Position numbers and translations under genes: made by a program | Part shown: piece after piece, positions 48,897 through 59,148 of the stretch | Layout: every line of letters begins with the position of its first letter | How positions within the stretch are numbered: the stretch's first letter is position 1 | The notes under the pieces: generated by a model | What the model saw: the letters and a program-made list of their open reading frames with translations, nothing else | Databases searched by the model: none | What the model was told of the DNA's origin: nothing | DNA from: Alistipes shahii | GTDB taxonomy: Bacteria > Bacillota_I > Bacilli_A > RFN20 > CAG-826 | Direction of reading: 5' to 3' | DNA: 64,000 nt | Assembly (NCBI GenBank): GCA_963598795.1 | Contig: CAVBUY010000001.1 | Span: 90,534-154,533, forward strand

Positions 48897-49882
48897 TGCA
48901 GATAGAAAAATACCTAAAAGAACACCAACCGATTTGCTACCGCGTCTTCAGCCGTTCCTTGGAAGAAGGAAGGCTAAGCCACGCGTATTTGCTTTCGGGC
49001 GAAAAAGGCGTTCCTTTAAAGGAAATAGCTTTATATTTGGCTAAATCCATCGTTTGCGATCACCCTTCTCCTTTAGCGGACGATACATGCGTCACTTGCC
49101 ATAGGATAGACGATGGAAATTACACCGACTTAATCGTCCTAGACGGCGAGGAAGAATCAATCAAAAAAGGCGATATCACCGATTTGACCGCTTCTTTTTC
49201 AAAAACCTCGATGGAAGGCAAGGGAATAATGATTTATATAATAAACCTTGCGGAAAACATGATTTCTAACGCCACCAACGCCTTGTTGAAATTTCTTGAA
49301 GAGCCCACACCTGGGACATACGCCATATTAACCACCAGAAACTCATCGAAGATATTGCCAACTATTATTTCTCGCTGCGAAGTGATTCGCTTAGACGCAA
49401 TGCCGCATAAAGAGATTCTAAAAGGCGCGAAAGAGCTTGGATTAGACGAAAAGAAAGCGGAACTTCTCTCTTTCTTCTATGGAGTGCCAGAATTAATCAA
49501 AGAGAAAATAGAAGACGAAGAATCCCCGGACATAGAAGGATTGATAAAAGAGGTATGCTTGGCCCTTTCTTCCGATTCAAAGAAAGCCATATTCTTATTT
49601 CAATCTCAGATAATCCCCTCTTGGAACACCAAAATCAAAGCCGGCATCTTAATCGATTTGCTGATCGTGATCTATAAAGAATTGGTAGCCTTGTCCTATG
49701 GCTTCGATCCTCAGCTTCCTCATTATGTAGATATCATCAAACCGTTATTGACCGATAAAAAGTCCCTATCTTACAAATTGGACTTCTTGCTCAACGCGAA
49801 ATCTGAATTGGAGACCAACATAAACGTTTCCTTGCTTTTAGATCATATAATCATCAACCTGACAAAGGAGGACAGACAATGA
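48896..49882 (+). CDS. holB: DNA polymerase III subunit delta'
   Basis: …HAYLLSGEKGV…, a Cys-cluster and a degenerate AAA+ fold, in the conserved position after tmk. Confidence 0.75.
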   Translation: MQIEKYLKEHQPICYRVFSRSLEEGRLSHAYLLSGEKGVPLKEIALYLAKSIVCDHPSPLADDTCVTCHRIDDGNYTDLIVLDGEEESIKKGDITDLTASFSKTSMEGKGIMIYIINLAENMISNATNALLKFLEEPTPGTYAILTTRNSSKILPTIISRCEVIRLDAMPHKEILKGAKELGLDEKKAELLSFFYGVPELIKEKIEDEESPDIEGLIKEVCLALSSDSKKAIFLFQSQIIPSWNTKIKAGILIDLLIVIYKELVALSYGFDPQLPHYVDIIKPLLTDKKSLSYKLDFLLNAKSELETNINVSLLLDHIIINLTKEDRQ

Positions 49883-50718
49883 ACGAATACACCCATTTCG
49901 TGGCCATACATTTCGAAGGCGCGGCCAAATCTTATTATTTCTCGACCGACATACCTGATTTAAAACCCGGCGATTTCGTCATCGTGGATTCTTTGGGCGG
50001 ATATGAGATGGCCATTGTTACTTCCTCGCCCCAACCGATGAACGAATATCGCTCAAAACTTGGTTTAAAACCGGTCGTAAGACGTCCGTCGTCTTCGGAT
50101 TTATCCGTTTATCAATATAATATCGAACAAGCCAAAACCGCTTTGGAGATAGCTAGAAAAGAAGCGGCGAAACTTGGTTTGGAAATGAATTTTTTGGAAG
50201 CCAAATATTCCTTGGACGGCTCTAAAATCACCATCACTTATACCGCCGATGGGCGCGTTGATTTCAGAGAGCTATTAAAATCGCTGGCCCCTCAACTGCA
50301 TTGTCGCATAGAACTAAGGCAAATCGCCCCCAGAGACAAAGCCAAATTAATCGGCGGGATCGGCACTTGCGGATTGCCGTTATGCTGCAACACTTTCTTA
50401 AATGAATTCGACGGAATAGCCATATCAAGGGCCAAAAACCAAATGCTGACGTTGAATATCCCGAAACTTTCGGGCCCGTGTGGAAAGCTGATTTGCTGCC
50501 TTTTATACGAAGATGACATGTATACGGAAGCCAAGAAGCACTTCCCAACAATTGGGACGCACGTAATTTATGACGGGCATGACTACACGGTCACCGGTTT
50601 GAATGTTTTAAACAATACGGTGAAGATAGAAAACCCGTTAACCGTGAAAAACATTCCGTTAGAAGAATTCGACGGCTTAGAAAAGGTGGAGAGAAATGAG
50701 TCTGAAAAGGGAGAATAA
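49879..50718 (+). CDS. PSP1 C-terminal domain protein (YaaT/RicT-like)
   Basis: PSP1 domain pattern (…FVIVDSLGGYEMAIV…RIELRQI…). Conserved neighbour of holB in Bacillota. Confidence 0.75.
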   Translation: MNEYTHFVAIHFEGAAKSYYFSTDIPDLKPGDFVIVDSLGGYEMAIVTSSPQPMNEYRSKLGLKPVVRRPSSSDLSVYQYNIEQAKTALEIARKEAAKLGLEMNFLEAKYSLDGSKITITYTADGRVDFRELLKSLAPQLHCRIELRQIAPRDKAKLIGGIGTCGLPLCCNTFLNEFDGIAISRAKNQMLTLNIPKLSGPCGKLICCLLYEDDMYTEAKKHFPTIGTHVIYDGHDYTVTGLNVLNNTVKIENPLTVKNIPLEEFDGLEKVERNESEKGE

Positions 50719-51556
50719 CTACGAAGGGAATTCGCCTCTTTTATATTTGGTTGCCACTCCGATAGGCAACAAAGACGAATTCACTTTAAGAGCGATAAAT
50801 ATCCTTAAGGAAATGGATTATATCGCTTGCGAAGACACCAGGAATTCCGGCTTGCTGTTTTCTAAATTCGACATTAAAAAACACCTTATTTCCTGTCGGG
50901 AATTCAACGAAAACGAAAAAGCGGAAGAAATAATCTCTTTGCTTAAAGAAGGCAAAAAGGTCGCCTATGTTTCCGACGCCGGATATCCCGGCATTTCAGA
51001 CCCTGGAGAAAAATTGGTGGCCAAGGCTTTAGAAAACGATATCAAGGTCGCAATCGTCAACGGGCCCAATGCCGGATTATGCGCCTTATTGGCCTCCGGA
51101 TTGGACACCTCGCATTTTACCTTCGAAGGTTTTTTGCCTTCCAAAGATTCATTGGCAAAGAAACGTCTGGAACAACTTAAAAATTGGCCCCACACCTTAA
51201 TTTTCTACGAAGCTCCCCATAGGATTGAGAGAACTCTAAATATGATGAAAGAGGCGTTTGGGAAAGATAGAAGGGCGTGTGTGGCCAGAGAATTGACCAA
51301 ATTGCACGAAGAATACATTCGCGGAACATTTAAGGAAATATGCGAAATCGATCCCGAAACCCTCAGAGGCGAAATGGTCATCTGCGTGGAAGGGAAAGAA
51401 ATCAAAGACGAAGTAGACGATAACGATATAGAAGAAAGCCTCAAAGAAGCTTTGAAAACATTGTCTTCGAAAGAGGCCGTAAAGAAAGTCGCCTCCGACT
51501 TAAATGTCGGCAAAAACAAGGTTTACGACATATTTTTAGAGCGATTCAATCAATAA
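50696..51556 (+). CDS. rsmI: 16S rRNA (cytidine1402-2'-O)-methyltransferase
   Basis: Tetrapyrrole-methylase fold (LYLVATPIGNKDEFTLRAINILKEMDYIACEDTR). Confidence 0.85.
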   Translation: MSLKRENNYEGNSPLLYLVATPIGNKDEFTLRAINILKEMDYIACEDTRNSGLLFSKFDIKKHLISCREFNENEKAEEIISLLKEGKKVAYVSDAGYPGISDPGEKLVAKALENDIKVAIVNGPNAGLCALLASGLDTSHFTFEGFLPSKDSLAKKRLEQLKNWPHTLIFYEAPHRIERTLNMMKEAFGKDRRACVARELTKLHEEYIRGTFKEICEIDPETLRGEMVICVEGKEIKDEVDDNDIEESLKEALKTLSSKEAVKKVASDLNVGKNKVYDIFLERFNQ

Positions 51557-54500
51557 TTCCCTTTTCCGTTTCTTCGCCCTTAACGCGAAAACGGTTATTT
51601 CATATGAGAAGAATATGACTATAGCCGCAGCGCTTAAAATGACCCCGGTCTTCAAATATGGCGTCATATAAGTAAACACATACTCCACTTCGCCCTCTGG
51701 CGCAAAGAATCCGACGAATCCGCCGTCCATTTTAATGTTCTTTAGCTCGGTTTCGATATATTCCCCGGATTCGCCTTTCGTCCTGGCTGTGATTTTCCAT
51801 CCGGCATCATATCCCAAAGTGGTGACCACGGCTTTGGATTTGCTGAAATTGGATTTCGCCGTAAAGTGATCGGAATCGACGTAATTTACGTCCGTCAAAA
51901 TATGATCTTCATCGGTTATCGAAGCGTATTTGCTTTCAAAATCCCTTCTTTCTTGCATTAGTAAGAACGGGGTCGGGGCTTCGCCATCTTCTCCGTTTTT
52001 CTTGGAGAAAACAATTTGTCTAACCCTTCCTTCCGCATAGATTCCAAACAATCCGCTGTAATTGCCGGAGATCTGGCTATTTACGTTATCGAAGGAATGG
52101 AATTCGTAATTCAAAATGGTGTTTTCCTTCTTTAAGGTCCCATCCTCATTGAAGGTGTCCCCAATCATATAAACCCTGGAAATGTTTTTGTGATTGAAAG
52201 CGAAAAGGAAATAAGCCCCGGAAGGATCTTCATTCATATAAGGGTCTCCGCTTCCTAATGACCAAACCAGTTTTCCATCGTCTTTGTCTTCCACCCCATA
52301 ATAGGTTCCCTTGAAGATTTGGCCCGCATAAGCGTTGGTATATGTGCTAACGTAGGTATTTTTGCTTGAATCGACCAAGAACGAGGCAGGATCTTCATAA
52401 TTAAAGCCATATCCCGGAACGTTTTCGAATATCCTAGACTTTAATTTGCTGGATAAATCGGTGAATTTCACATCGCTAAAAGTGGGAGTTGGAAGAATCT
52501 CTATCCCTTCTGGAACAACAACGTCGTCCTTTATGATCGCCCCATTTAAATAAGCTTCTTCGTTTTTGGCTATTTCCCTAAAGCCACTGGAATAATAAGA
52601 GTTATTGTAGAAATCGGAATAATTGAGGTGATCGGTGTCCAAAGTCCCGTCTTCTAAATATCTATCCGCTGCGTTTTCCCTATAAACGCCATCCACAGCT
52701 CTTCCAAGCTTCACGTGGTATGGATTTTCATAAATTCTGAATTTGCCGTTCTTATAGACGCATTTGGAGCCGAATGGGACGTTATATTTGAAATCATCGT
52801 TGTCCCAAAGGTCGCCCATTCCGGTATCTTCATACACTATGGCGTAATATTTGATTCCGGTCATCAAATCGAAAGAGAATCTCTTGTTGTTGTAATAGCC
52901 AGCCCAACGGGAAGAGACGTTTTTCTGCCCATATGGGGTGCCATTCAAATATTCGTTTTCGATCACATGAGAATAGTGGCTGAAATCAATGACATCGTAA
53001 TTGAACAAAGAAGACCAAGGGGTGGTTCCGTTATACCCCATCGCGTAATTCATGTTCTTTTGGGCGGGATAATCGGCATAAGCCCTATATAAAGTGTCGG
53101 TGTCGTATTCTTTGGTTATGTAAGAAAAAGCTTCCGTTAATTCTGTTCCGGTCGTATATGAATATTTTTTGTTGTCATATCCCCCGTTAAATGACCTTCC
53201 GTAACTATATGAAGAGCCATAAAGGAACGATATGTTGCCGCAAACTATCACTTCCGCGGCCACAAAAGCGGTCACCATGTTCTTAAAGAAGACCTTTTTG
53301 GAGAAGATTATGATCAAGGCCGATTCGACGACAACCAAGCCCATTTGGTATATCGATAGCCACAAAGTCGTGTATTTGTCCCCGTTTCTTATTACATATG
53401 CCGGAATGTTGTAGGCCGATTGCCAATAGGTCATGAAGTTGCTGTTCGTAAAAGTCTTATCATTAAGCACCCACCTGACCAAAAAGAAGGTCAATAAGGT
53501 CGCTACAGCCACTAAACCAGTAGATAATGGCAATTGGAATTTCGGAGCGTCTTTCCGATGATCCATTCCCCGGCAAGCTTGCCTTATAAGCAAAGGAACC
53601 AAAATGATATACCATCTTCCATACCCGTCTCCCGTGAAGGCGAAGCTGAAGAAATAGGCAAAGATAGTAAACACGCAATAGGAACATAAGGCGAACGAAA
53701 TAAGGTGTTCCCAATCCTTGGTCCTTATGTTGTTGATCAACTCGAACATGAAGAAAATGATAAGTGGCGTATAGATGAACAAAGACGACGTCCAAGCATC
53801 ATAACCCGTAGAAGCCCCGCCGCCATATAATGGCAGCCAAAGGTAGTTGCAGGTCGGGAAGAAGAAGGAAACCAATCCCATCAATTCTCTTCCAGGATGG
53901 TCTCCGACCATTTCAAACAATCTGGCAAACACCGTTTTGACATCGAACGTTTTTATGGCGTTAAGCAAACTTTGCAAATAAAGATATCCAATGGAATGAC
54001 CTCTTCCGGACAAACTGGATTGCCTAATGGAAGGAAGCAACGACCAAGAGCATAGCATCAAGCCCAAAACAAAGCTTAAAACGCCTAAGCCCAAAACAGC
54101 CCAAGAATCTCTGCCTTTGCGGGTTTTGATGGTCCAAAAGAATCTCCATAAAGCGTATAGGGCCCCCCAAACGCACATAACCACCAAAAAGAAGAAAGAG
54201 ACTATGCCAAGCAAGGCCAAGGACCATACCAACGTTCCGATTTTCTTTTCTTTGATGACTTTCTCAATGCCTAAAAGAATAAGGGGTATGAAAACCACCG
54301 CGGAGACAAAGGAAGGGAAACCGACGAAGAAATTGACGAATCCCGAGAAAGCGTAAGCCAAAGCCCCGATTCTCGAGCTGGATTCTCTAACGCCCATGTA
54401 TTTGAGATACGCCCTCATGGCAAAACCGGCGCAAGTGGCCTTCAAAACGGTGAAAATCGCCGTCATCTGAGGCACCCAGCTGCGAGGGAAGAAAATATTC

Positions 54501-54868
54501 AAAAAGACGAAAGGATCAAACAATCCGTAATAAGACATCGAGCCGATGTTGTCACCGCCCAAATAAATAGACGGGTCATATAAAGTGAAATGCCCGGTTT
54601 TGAAAAATTCATGCCAAACGTCCCAATAATGGTAATAGAATTCGACGTATTGGCTCATATAGTCCCAACCATAAAGCTGAGTTCCGTAGTTTCTGATCAA
54701 CGAGTAGCCCATCCAGCAGAAACCGACGAAAACCAAAAGCAAGCCGAAATAAAACAACGATCTCCAGTCGAAAAGATAAGGCATATGCTTCCTAAACCAT
54801 ATAGAAGCCTTTTTGTTTGCCTTTTCCTTTCTTAATTCCCCCAAAGATTTGGCTTGCTCGTCTGCCAT
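51536..54868 (-). CDS. Large polytopic membrane protein, YfhO-like (GT-C type glycosyltransferase family) with big extracytoplasmic C-terminal region
   Basis: 1110 aa. The N-terminal ~560 aa has about 13 TM helices and the remainder is soluble and Tyr/Asn/Gly-rich. Family call is by architecture only. Confidence 0.4.
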   Translation of the reverse strand: MADEQAKSLGELRKEKANKKASIWFRKHMPYLFDWRSLFYFGLLLVFVGFCWMGYSLIRNYGTQLYGWDYMSQYVEFYYHYWDVWHEFFKTGHFTLYDPSIYLGGDNIGSMSYYGLFDPFVFLNIFFPRSWVPQMTAIFTVLKATCAGFAMRAYLKYMGVRESSSRIGALAYAFSGFVNFFVGFPSFVSAVVFIPLILLGIEKVIKEKKIGTLVWSLALLGIVSFFFLVVMCVWGALYALWRFFWTIKTRKGRDSWAVLGLGVLSFVLGLMLCSWSLLPSIRQSSLSGRGHSIGYLYLQSLLNAIKTFDVKTVFARLFEMVGDHPGRELMGLVSFFFPTCNYLWLPLYGGGASTGYDAWTSSLFIYTPLIIFFMFELINNIRTKDWEHLISFALCSYCVFTIFAYFFSFAFTGDGYGRWYIILVPLLIRQACRGMDHRKDAPKFQLPLSTGLVAVATLLTFFLVRWVLNDKTFTNSNFMTYWQSAYNIPAYVIRNGDKYTTLWLSIYQMGLVVVESALIIIFSKKVFFKNMVTAFVAAEVIVCGNISFLYGSSYSYGRSFNGGYDNKKYSYTTGTELTEAFSYITKEYDTDTLYRAYADYPAQKNMNYAMGYNGTTPWSSLFNYDVIDFSHYSHVIENEYLNGTPYGQKNVSSRWAGYYNNKRFSFDLMTGIKYYAIVYEDTGMGDLWDNDDFKYNVPFGSKCVYKNGKFRIYENPYHVKLGRAVDGVYRENAADRYLEDGTLDTDHLNYSDFYNNSYYSSGFREIAKNEEAYLNGAIIKDDVVVPEGIEILPTPTFSDVKFTDLSSKLKSRIFENVPGYGFNYEDPASFLVDSSKNTYVSTYTNAYAGQIFKGTYYGVEDKDDGKLVWSLGSGDPYMNEDPSGAYFLFAFNHKNISRVYMIGDTFNEDGTLKKENTILNYEFHSFDNVNSQISGNYSGLFGIYAEGRVRQIVFSKKNGEDGEAPTPFLLMQERRDFESKYASITDEDHILTDVNYVDSDHFTAKSNFSKSKAVVTTLGYDAGWKITARTKGESGEYIETELKNIKMDGGFVGFFAPEGEVEYVFTYMTPYLKTGVILSAAAIVIFFSYEITVFALRAKKRKRELLIESL

Positions 54869-55650
54869 TATTTTTCTTCCTCTTGATCCTCGATTTCTTT
54901 TTCTTCGTCCTCGGAAGGATTGCTTATCCCAACGACGTCGCTTAAAGGCAAGGAGAAGGCGATGCCTTGTCCTTTCGTTCCAAAGCCAACCGCGTTATTG
55001 ATGGCCACCAAGACATCGTCCCTGATTTCTTTCGGGACCAAAATCATGACTATCTTTTTTTCCGGGGTGATGACGATCCCATAGAATTTTTCGATATCTT
55101 TGTTTCCGGTTCCGCGGCCATTGATGATGGTTCCGCCTCTGGCCCCGGCTTCTCTGGAAGCGGATACGACCAAATCCGTGTATCCGTCGTTAACGATGGC
55201 AAATACCGCCTCATAACCCAAATTTTGTTCCATATTCTCTTCCTCCGTGGTGATGTCAGATGCGCGATCGGCATTGGTTAGATATTTGTAGGCTGATAGC
55301 CCAGCCAATTTCGTAAGCGGGGCCATCCAAGCGATTCCAGAAGACAATTTGCTGGTCTTGAATCTCTCATTCAATTCGCTTCTAAGATCGTGCCATTTGC
55401 TAAGTCTTACAAACGAGCAAATGACATCTTTCTTTTCGTCTCCAACGCCAAGGACGTTATAGAAATCGTTGCTATAAGTTCCTTTGCCGCTGAGTATGAA
55501 GGACGTCGCGCATTCGTTTTTGTTCAATATGCCAACTATCGAACCGGCCAGCCCATGGTTTACGACAGTCATCGTAAATGCCAAGGGAGTTAAGCCTTTC
55601 ATGACTTTCGTCTCTTGGTTAGCAACCGCGTTTTTCTTTTTGCTGCTCAT
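54868..55650 (-). CDS. Tandem P-II (GlnB-like) domain protein
   Basis: Two about 110-aa ferredoxin-like halves. The second has a T-loop-like GRGTGNKDIEKFYG and …KIVMILVPKEIRDDVLVAINNAVGFGTKGQGIAFSLPLSDVVGI. It is translationally coupled to the upstream DUF1538 gene (ATGA) and the downstream YfhO-like gene. Confidence 0.6.
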   Translation of the reverse strand: MSSKKKNAVANQETKVMKGLTPLAFTMTVVNHGLAGSIVGILNKNECATSFILSGKGTYSNDFYNVLGVGDEKKDVICSFVRLSKWHDLRSELNERFKTSKLSSGIAWMAPLTKLAGLSAYKYLTNADRASDITTEEENMEQNLGYEAVFAIVNDGYTDLVVSASREAGARGGTIINGRGTGNKDIEKFYGIVITPEKKIVMILVPKEIRDDVLVAINNAVGFGTKGQGIAFSLPLSDVVGISNPSEDEEKEIEDQEEEK

Positions 55651-57269
55651 TGTGTCACCTCCGTGAAATCGATGAGTACATCGTCGTTTTCTTCGATGAA
55701 TCTCTTTCTGGCTTTGCTATAAACGACCATTCTCTTAATACCGGCGTACAAGCCCATCAACTGAACGACGATAAGAGGCATCAAAGCGATCATGGCAACC
55801 GAGCCAAAAGCGGAAGAATATACGTATTCCGCCCCTCTCTCCGCATATGTGAATCCGGTGCAGAAAGGCATAACGAAGGTGGAAGCCATGGGGCCGGAGG
55901 CTACGCCGCCGGAGTCAAACGCCATAGCGAAATACATTTTCGGAACTATGAAGGAAAGACCCAAAGCGATGAAATAGCCGGGGATCAAATAATAAAGGAC
56001 GCTGAATCCGTAATGAGCGCGAACGATGGCAAGGGCTACGCCACCACCGACTGCCAAGGCCATAACGGCCAAAACGGCTTTGGATTTGACGGTTCCCTCA
56101 GACACTTTTTCAACCTGCATGACCAATGAATGGACGGCCGGTTCGGCCAAAGCCCCGAACAATCCGAACAAAAACCCGACCAAAACGGCATAAGGGAACA
56201 AATCTCTAGAAGGATTGCCAAAGCATTTGCCAAGTTCTTGGGCCACGGGCATGAAACCAATCTCCACGAAGGTCATAAAGACCGCTAAGCCGATATAGGC
56301 GTAAACAAGACCGAACGAGATCCTGAATATTTCTTTTTTCGGAAGACGAACAAAGACAAAATTATAGAACAAGAAGAAAGCCGTTATCGGCAATATGGCA
56401 ATAGCCGCGTTCTTCAATTGAGAAACTATGCCCTCGCCCAATAATTCAAGATAGAACGGCCAAACCGTAGACCAAGAATCGTAATTCTTAGCCATCTCTT
56501 CGGTAATAGATGGGGACCAAGTCATGGAATCCACATCAACGAACAACCCCATGATCATGACAGCGATGATGGGGCCTACCGAGGCTAAGGCCGTAAGTCC
56601 GAAGCCGTCTTCTCCGTTACGGTCGCCTTGGGATCTAGAAGAGGCTAGCCCCACGCCGAAAGCCATGATAAACGGCACGGTAACGGGGCCGGTAGTGACT
56701 CCTCCCGAATCAAAAGCGACGGGCAAGAATTTTGGATTAACAATCCCAGCCAAGGCAAAAACTATCCCATAGAAGGCCAAGAACAAAACATTGAGCCTTC
56801 CGCCATGCAATGTGCGAAGAACGCCGATGACGACGAATATTCCAACACCTAACGCAATGGATATGATAAGCACCCACTCGTTCATGCCGATTTGCGAGGC
56901 CATGGCTTTTAAATCCGGCTCGGCTATGGTAACCAAGACGCCGATGATGAAAGTCATGGTTATAACCAACCACATCTTTTTGTTGTGGAACAACGTTTGT
57001 CCAACTACTTCGCCGATACGGCTCATCGAATTGGTCACGCCGGCGTTAAAAAACGCCAAGCCGATTATCAAGCCGACCGCGGATATAACGAAGGTAACCA
57101 ATAATTGGGGAGAGAATTCGGACTTTGGCAAAACGCCGGTCAAATAAATGACGACGATGACGGCAACGATAGGCAAAACCGCCAACGAGCTTTCCAAAAA
57201 GCCTTTGGCTATCTGCTTAATGACGGCCAACCATTCTCTTTTTGGCTTTTGATTTGCGCTTTTTGTCAT
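55647..57269 (-). CDS. Membrane protein with internally duplicated DUF1538-like permease domains
   Basis: 540 aa with about 12 TM helices in two about 250-aa repeats. Co-operonic with the tandem P-II gene. Its 5' end overlaps the rluA-family gene by about 50 nt. Confidence 0.55.
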   Translation of the reverse strand: MTKSANQKPKREWLAVIKQIAKGFLESSLAVLPIVAVIVVIYLTGVLPKSEFSPQLLVTFVISAVGLIIGLAFFNAGVTNSMSRIGEVVGQTLFHNKKMWLVITMTFIIGVLVTIAEPDLKAMASQIGMNEWVLIISIALGVGIFVVIGVLRTLHGGRLNVLFLAFYGIVFALAGIVNPKFLPVAFDSGGVTTGPVTVPFIMAFGVGLASSRSQGDRNGEDGFGLTALASVGPIIAVMIMGLFVDVDSMTWSPSITEEMAKNYDSWSTVWPFYLELLGEGIVSQLKNAAIAILPITAFFLFYNFVFVRLPKKEIFRISFGLVYAYIGLAVFMTFVEIGFMPVAQELGKCFGNPSRDLFPYAVLVGFLFGLFGALAEPAVHSLVMQVEKVSEGTVKSKAVLAVMALAVGGGVALAIVRAHYGFSVLYYLIPGYFIALGLSFIVPKMYFAMAFDSGGVASGPMASTFVMPFCTGFTYAERGAEYVYSSAFGSVAMIALMPLIVVQLMGLYAGIKRMVVYSKARKRFIEENDDVLIDFTEVTQ

Positions 57270-58245
57270 AGGTCTTCCTTTCTGAAACCTTAGGTTTCGC
57301 GATATATTCTGGCTTGGGGTTTCTTACCTTCCAGAACAGCGATTTCATCGAATTTGGCATCTCCGTTTTGAAATCGTACGTTTTCCCATTCAAGGGATTC
57401 GTTAGCGTCAATTGATAGGCGTGTAAGCCCAATCTCTTTATGGGGTTTGCTGGCTCGCCATATTTATCGTCTCCGATAACATGATGGCCTCTATAACCAA
57501 ATTGGACCCTTATCTGGTTCTTTCTGCCGGTTTCGATATCGACATCCAGTAAGGTCAACCCGTTTTTTTCTTCCATCTTCTTGAAGTTGGTGATGCAAAG
57601 TTTTCCTTCTTTTTTGTTCTTCGTCACATAAACGAGATGAAGGCTGTTTTCGGCTAGATAATCTTCGTATCTTCCGCTTTCAGGCAATCCTTCGCCTTCC
57701 ACTATCGCATAATACCCACGTTTGGTGACTATGTCGTTCCAATTGTTTTGCAGAGCTTCTCGGACTTTGAAATTTTTGGCGAATATCAAGACGCCTGAAG
57801 TATCTTCGTCCAAACGATGAACGACGAATATCCTGGCGTTTTTGTCTTTTGCGGCAAGATAATCGGAGACAAATCGATAGGCGGTATGTCCCTTTTCCCT
57901 GTCAGAGGCGATAGATAATAACCCCGAGGGTTTGTTGATGGCGATGATATCGTCATCCTCATATATGATGTCCAATTGATGGGAGCTATGCTTTTTGATG
58001 CGGTTTCTGGAGAGCAAAACCTCGTCTTCCGGATAGAGCTTGAAGTTAAATAAAGTCACCGGAACTCCGCCCACTGAAACTTGCTGAGAAGAAATAACGT
58101 GTCTGGCTATAGTGTTACTAAGCCCCGCTTTCTCCATCAAAAAAGGAAGCAACGTAGTTTCTTCCTTAACCAAAAAAGTCTTAACCTTGTTTGGGTCAAT
58201 CAAACCTTTTTGGCTGCGATGTTTCTTTGCGTCGTTCCTATTCAT
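57217..58245 (-). CDS. RluA-family 23S rRNA pseudouridine synthase with N-terminal S4 domain
   Basis: S4 motif (…NTIARHVISSQQVSVGG…) and catalytic HRLDEDTSGVLIFAKN. Confidence 0.8.
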   Translation of the reverse strand: MNRNDAKKHRSQKGLIDPNKVKTFLVKEETTLLPFLMEKAGLSNTIARHVISSQQVSVGGVPVTLFNFKLYPEDEVLLSRNRIKKHSSHQLDIIYEDDDIIAINKPSGLLSIASDREKGHTAYRFVSDYLAAKDKNARIFVVHRLDEDTSGVLIFAKNFKVREALQNNWNDIVTKRGYYAIVEGEGLPESGRYEDYLAENSLHLVYVTKNKKEGKLCITNFKKMEEKNGLTLLDVDIETGRKNQIRVQFGYRGHHVIGDDKYGEPANPIKRLGLHAYQLTLTNPLNGKTYDFKTEMPNSMKSLFWKVRNPKPEYIAKPKVSERKTYDKKRKSKAKKRMVGRH

Positions 58246-58284
58246 GGCGTGATTATAAAATAATCAGCCTTTTTAATCACTCTT

Positions 58285-59148
58285 TTAATCCGATAAAAGA
58301 TATTTTTTGAGTTCGTCTATTCTTCTTTTGGCTACTTCAACGCCTAAATCATAAGCTTTTTTCAACTGTTCCGTGTCTTGGGAAGTCGGGAATATTTCTA
58401 GTGAATATGGAGGATAAAAGACGAAGATGTTGCCTTTGTCTTCCTCTTCTTCCAAGATTCTTAGGTGCTCATGATAAACGATGTGGCTATATTGATGCCC
58501 GTTTACGAACTTGGGATATTTTTTGAATCTCTTTTCTACCATCACATCATTCGCTTCATGCAAATCTTTGAATCTGAAGCCTCTTTCGCGATTGGAGACA
58601 ACGACTATCTTTTTTCCTTCAGACAGAGGTCTAAGGAAGGGGATGCGCTCAACATAACCGCCATCTAAAGTCGGGATATTGCCGACCATTTTCGGCTTTT
58701 TCGTAAAAGCGGTCAAAGAACAGCTGCCTTGGCACCCATCATAGAAATTGGGGTCTTCTTTGGCAAAATAAACGGGCGTGCAAGTATTTACGTTGGTGGC
58801 CACGGCGTACAATTCTATATCGCTTTCGGCTATGGCTTTTTTGTCCAAATCCTTGTTTTTCTTCTCTGAAAAATAATGATCGAAATCAATTAGGGAACCG
58901 CCTTTTAGAAAATCTAGCGGCGTTATGACGTCCTTCATTTTCGTATCCAAAAACAATCGGGAAGCCGCTCCTTTTTTCTTTTGGACGTAATTTAAGCCAA
59001 TCCAAGTCCCGGCCGAGCAGCCGTAGGCTTCCGTAGCAAATAAGCCTTCCTCAATCAAAACATCCACCACTCCGCATGCAAAAATTGCGCGTTGCCCGCC
59101 GCCTTGAATCGACAATACCCATTCGTTCTTATTCATAATTTTCTCCAA
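58285..59148 (-). CDS. Patatin-like phospholipase
   Basis: Oxyanion hole GGGQRA, nucleophile elbow GCSAG, and a DGG motif. Confidence 0.75.
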   Translation of the reverse strand: MEKIMNKNEWVLSIQGGGQRAIFACGVVDVLIEEGLFATEAYGCSAGTWIGLNYVQKKKGAASRLFLDTKMKDVITPLDFLKGGSLIDFDHYFSEKKNKDLDKKAIAESDIELYAVATNVNTCTPVYFAKEDPNFYDGCQGSCSLTAFTKKPKMVGNIPTLDGGYVERIPFLRPLSEGKKIVVVSNRERGFRFKDLHEANDVMVEKRFKKYPKFVNGHQYSHIVYHEHLRILEEEEDKGNIFVFYPPYSLEIFPTSQDTEQLKKAYDLGVEVAKRRIDELKKYLLSD

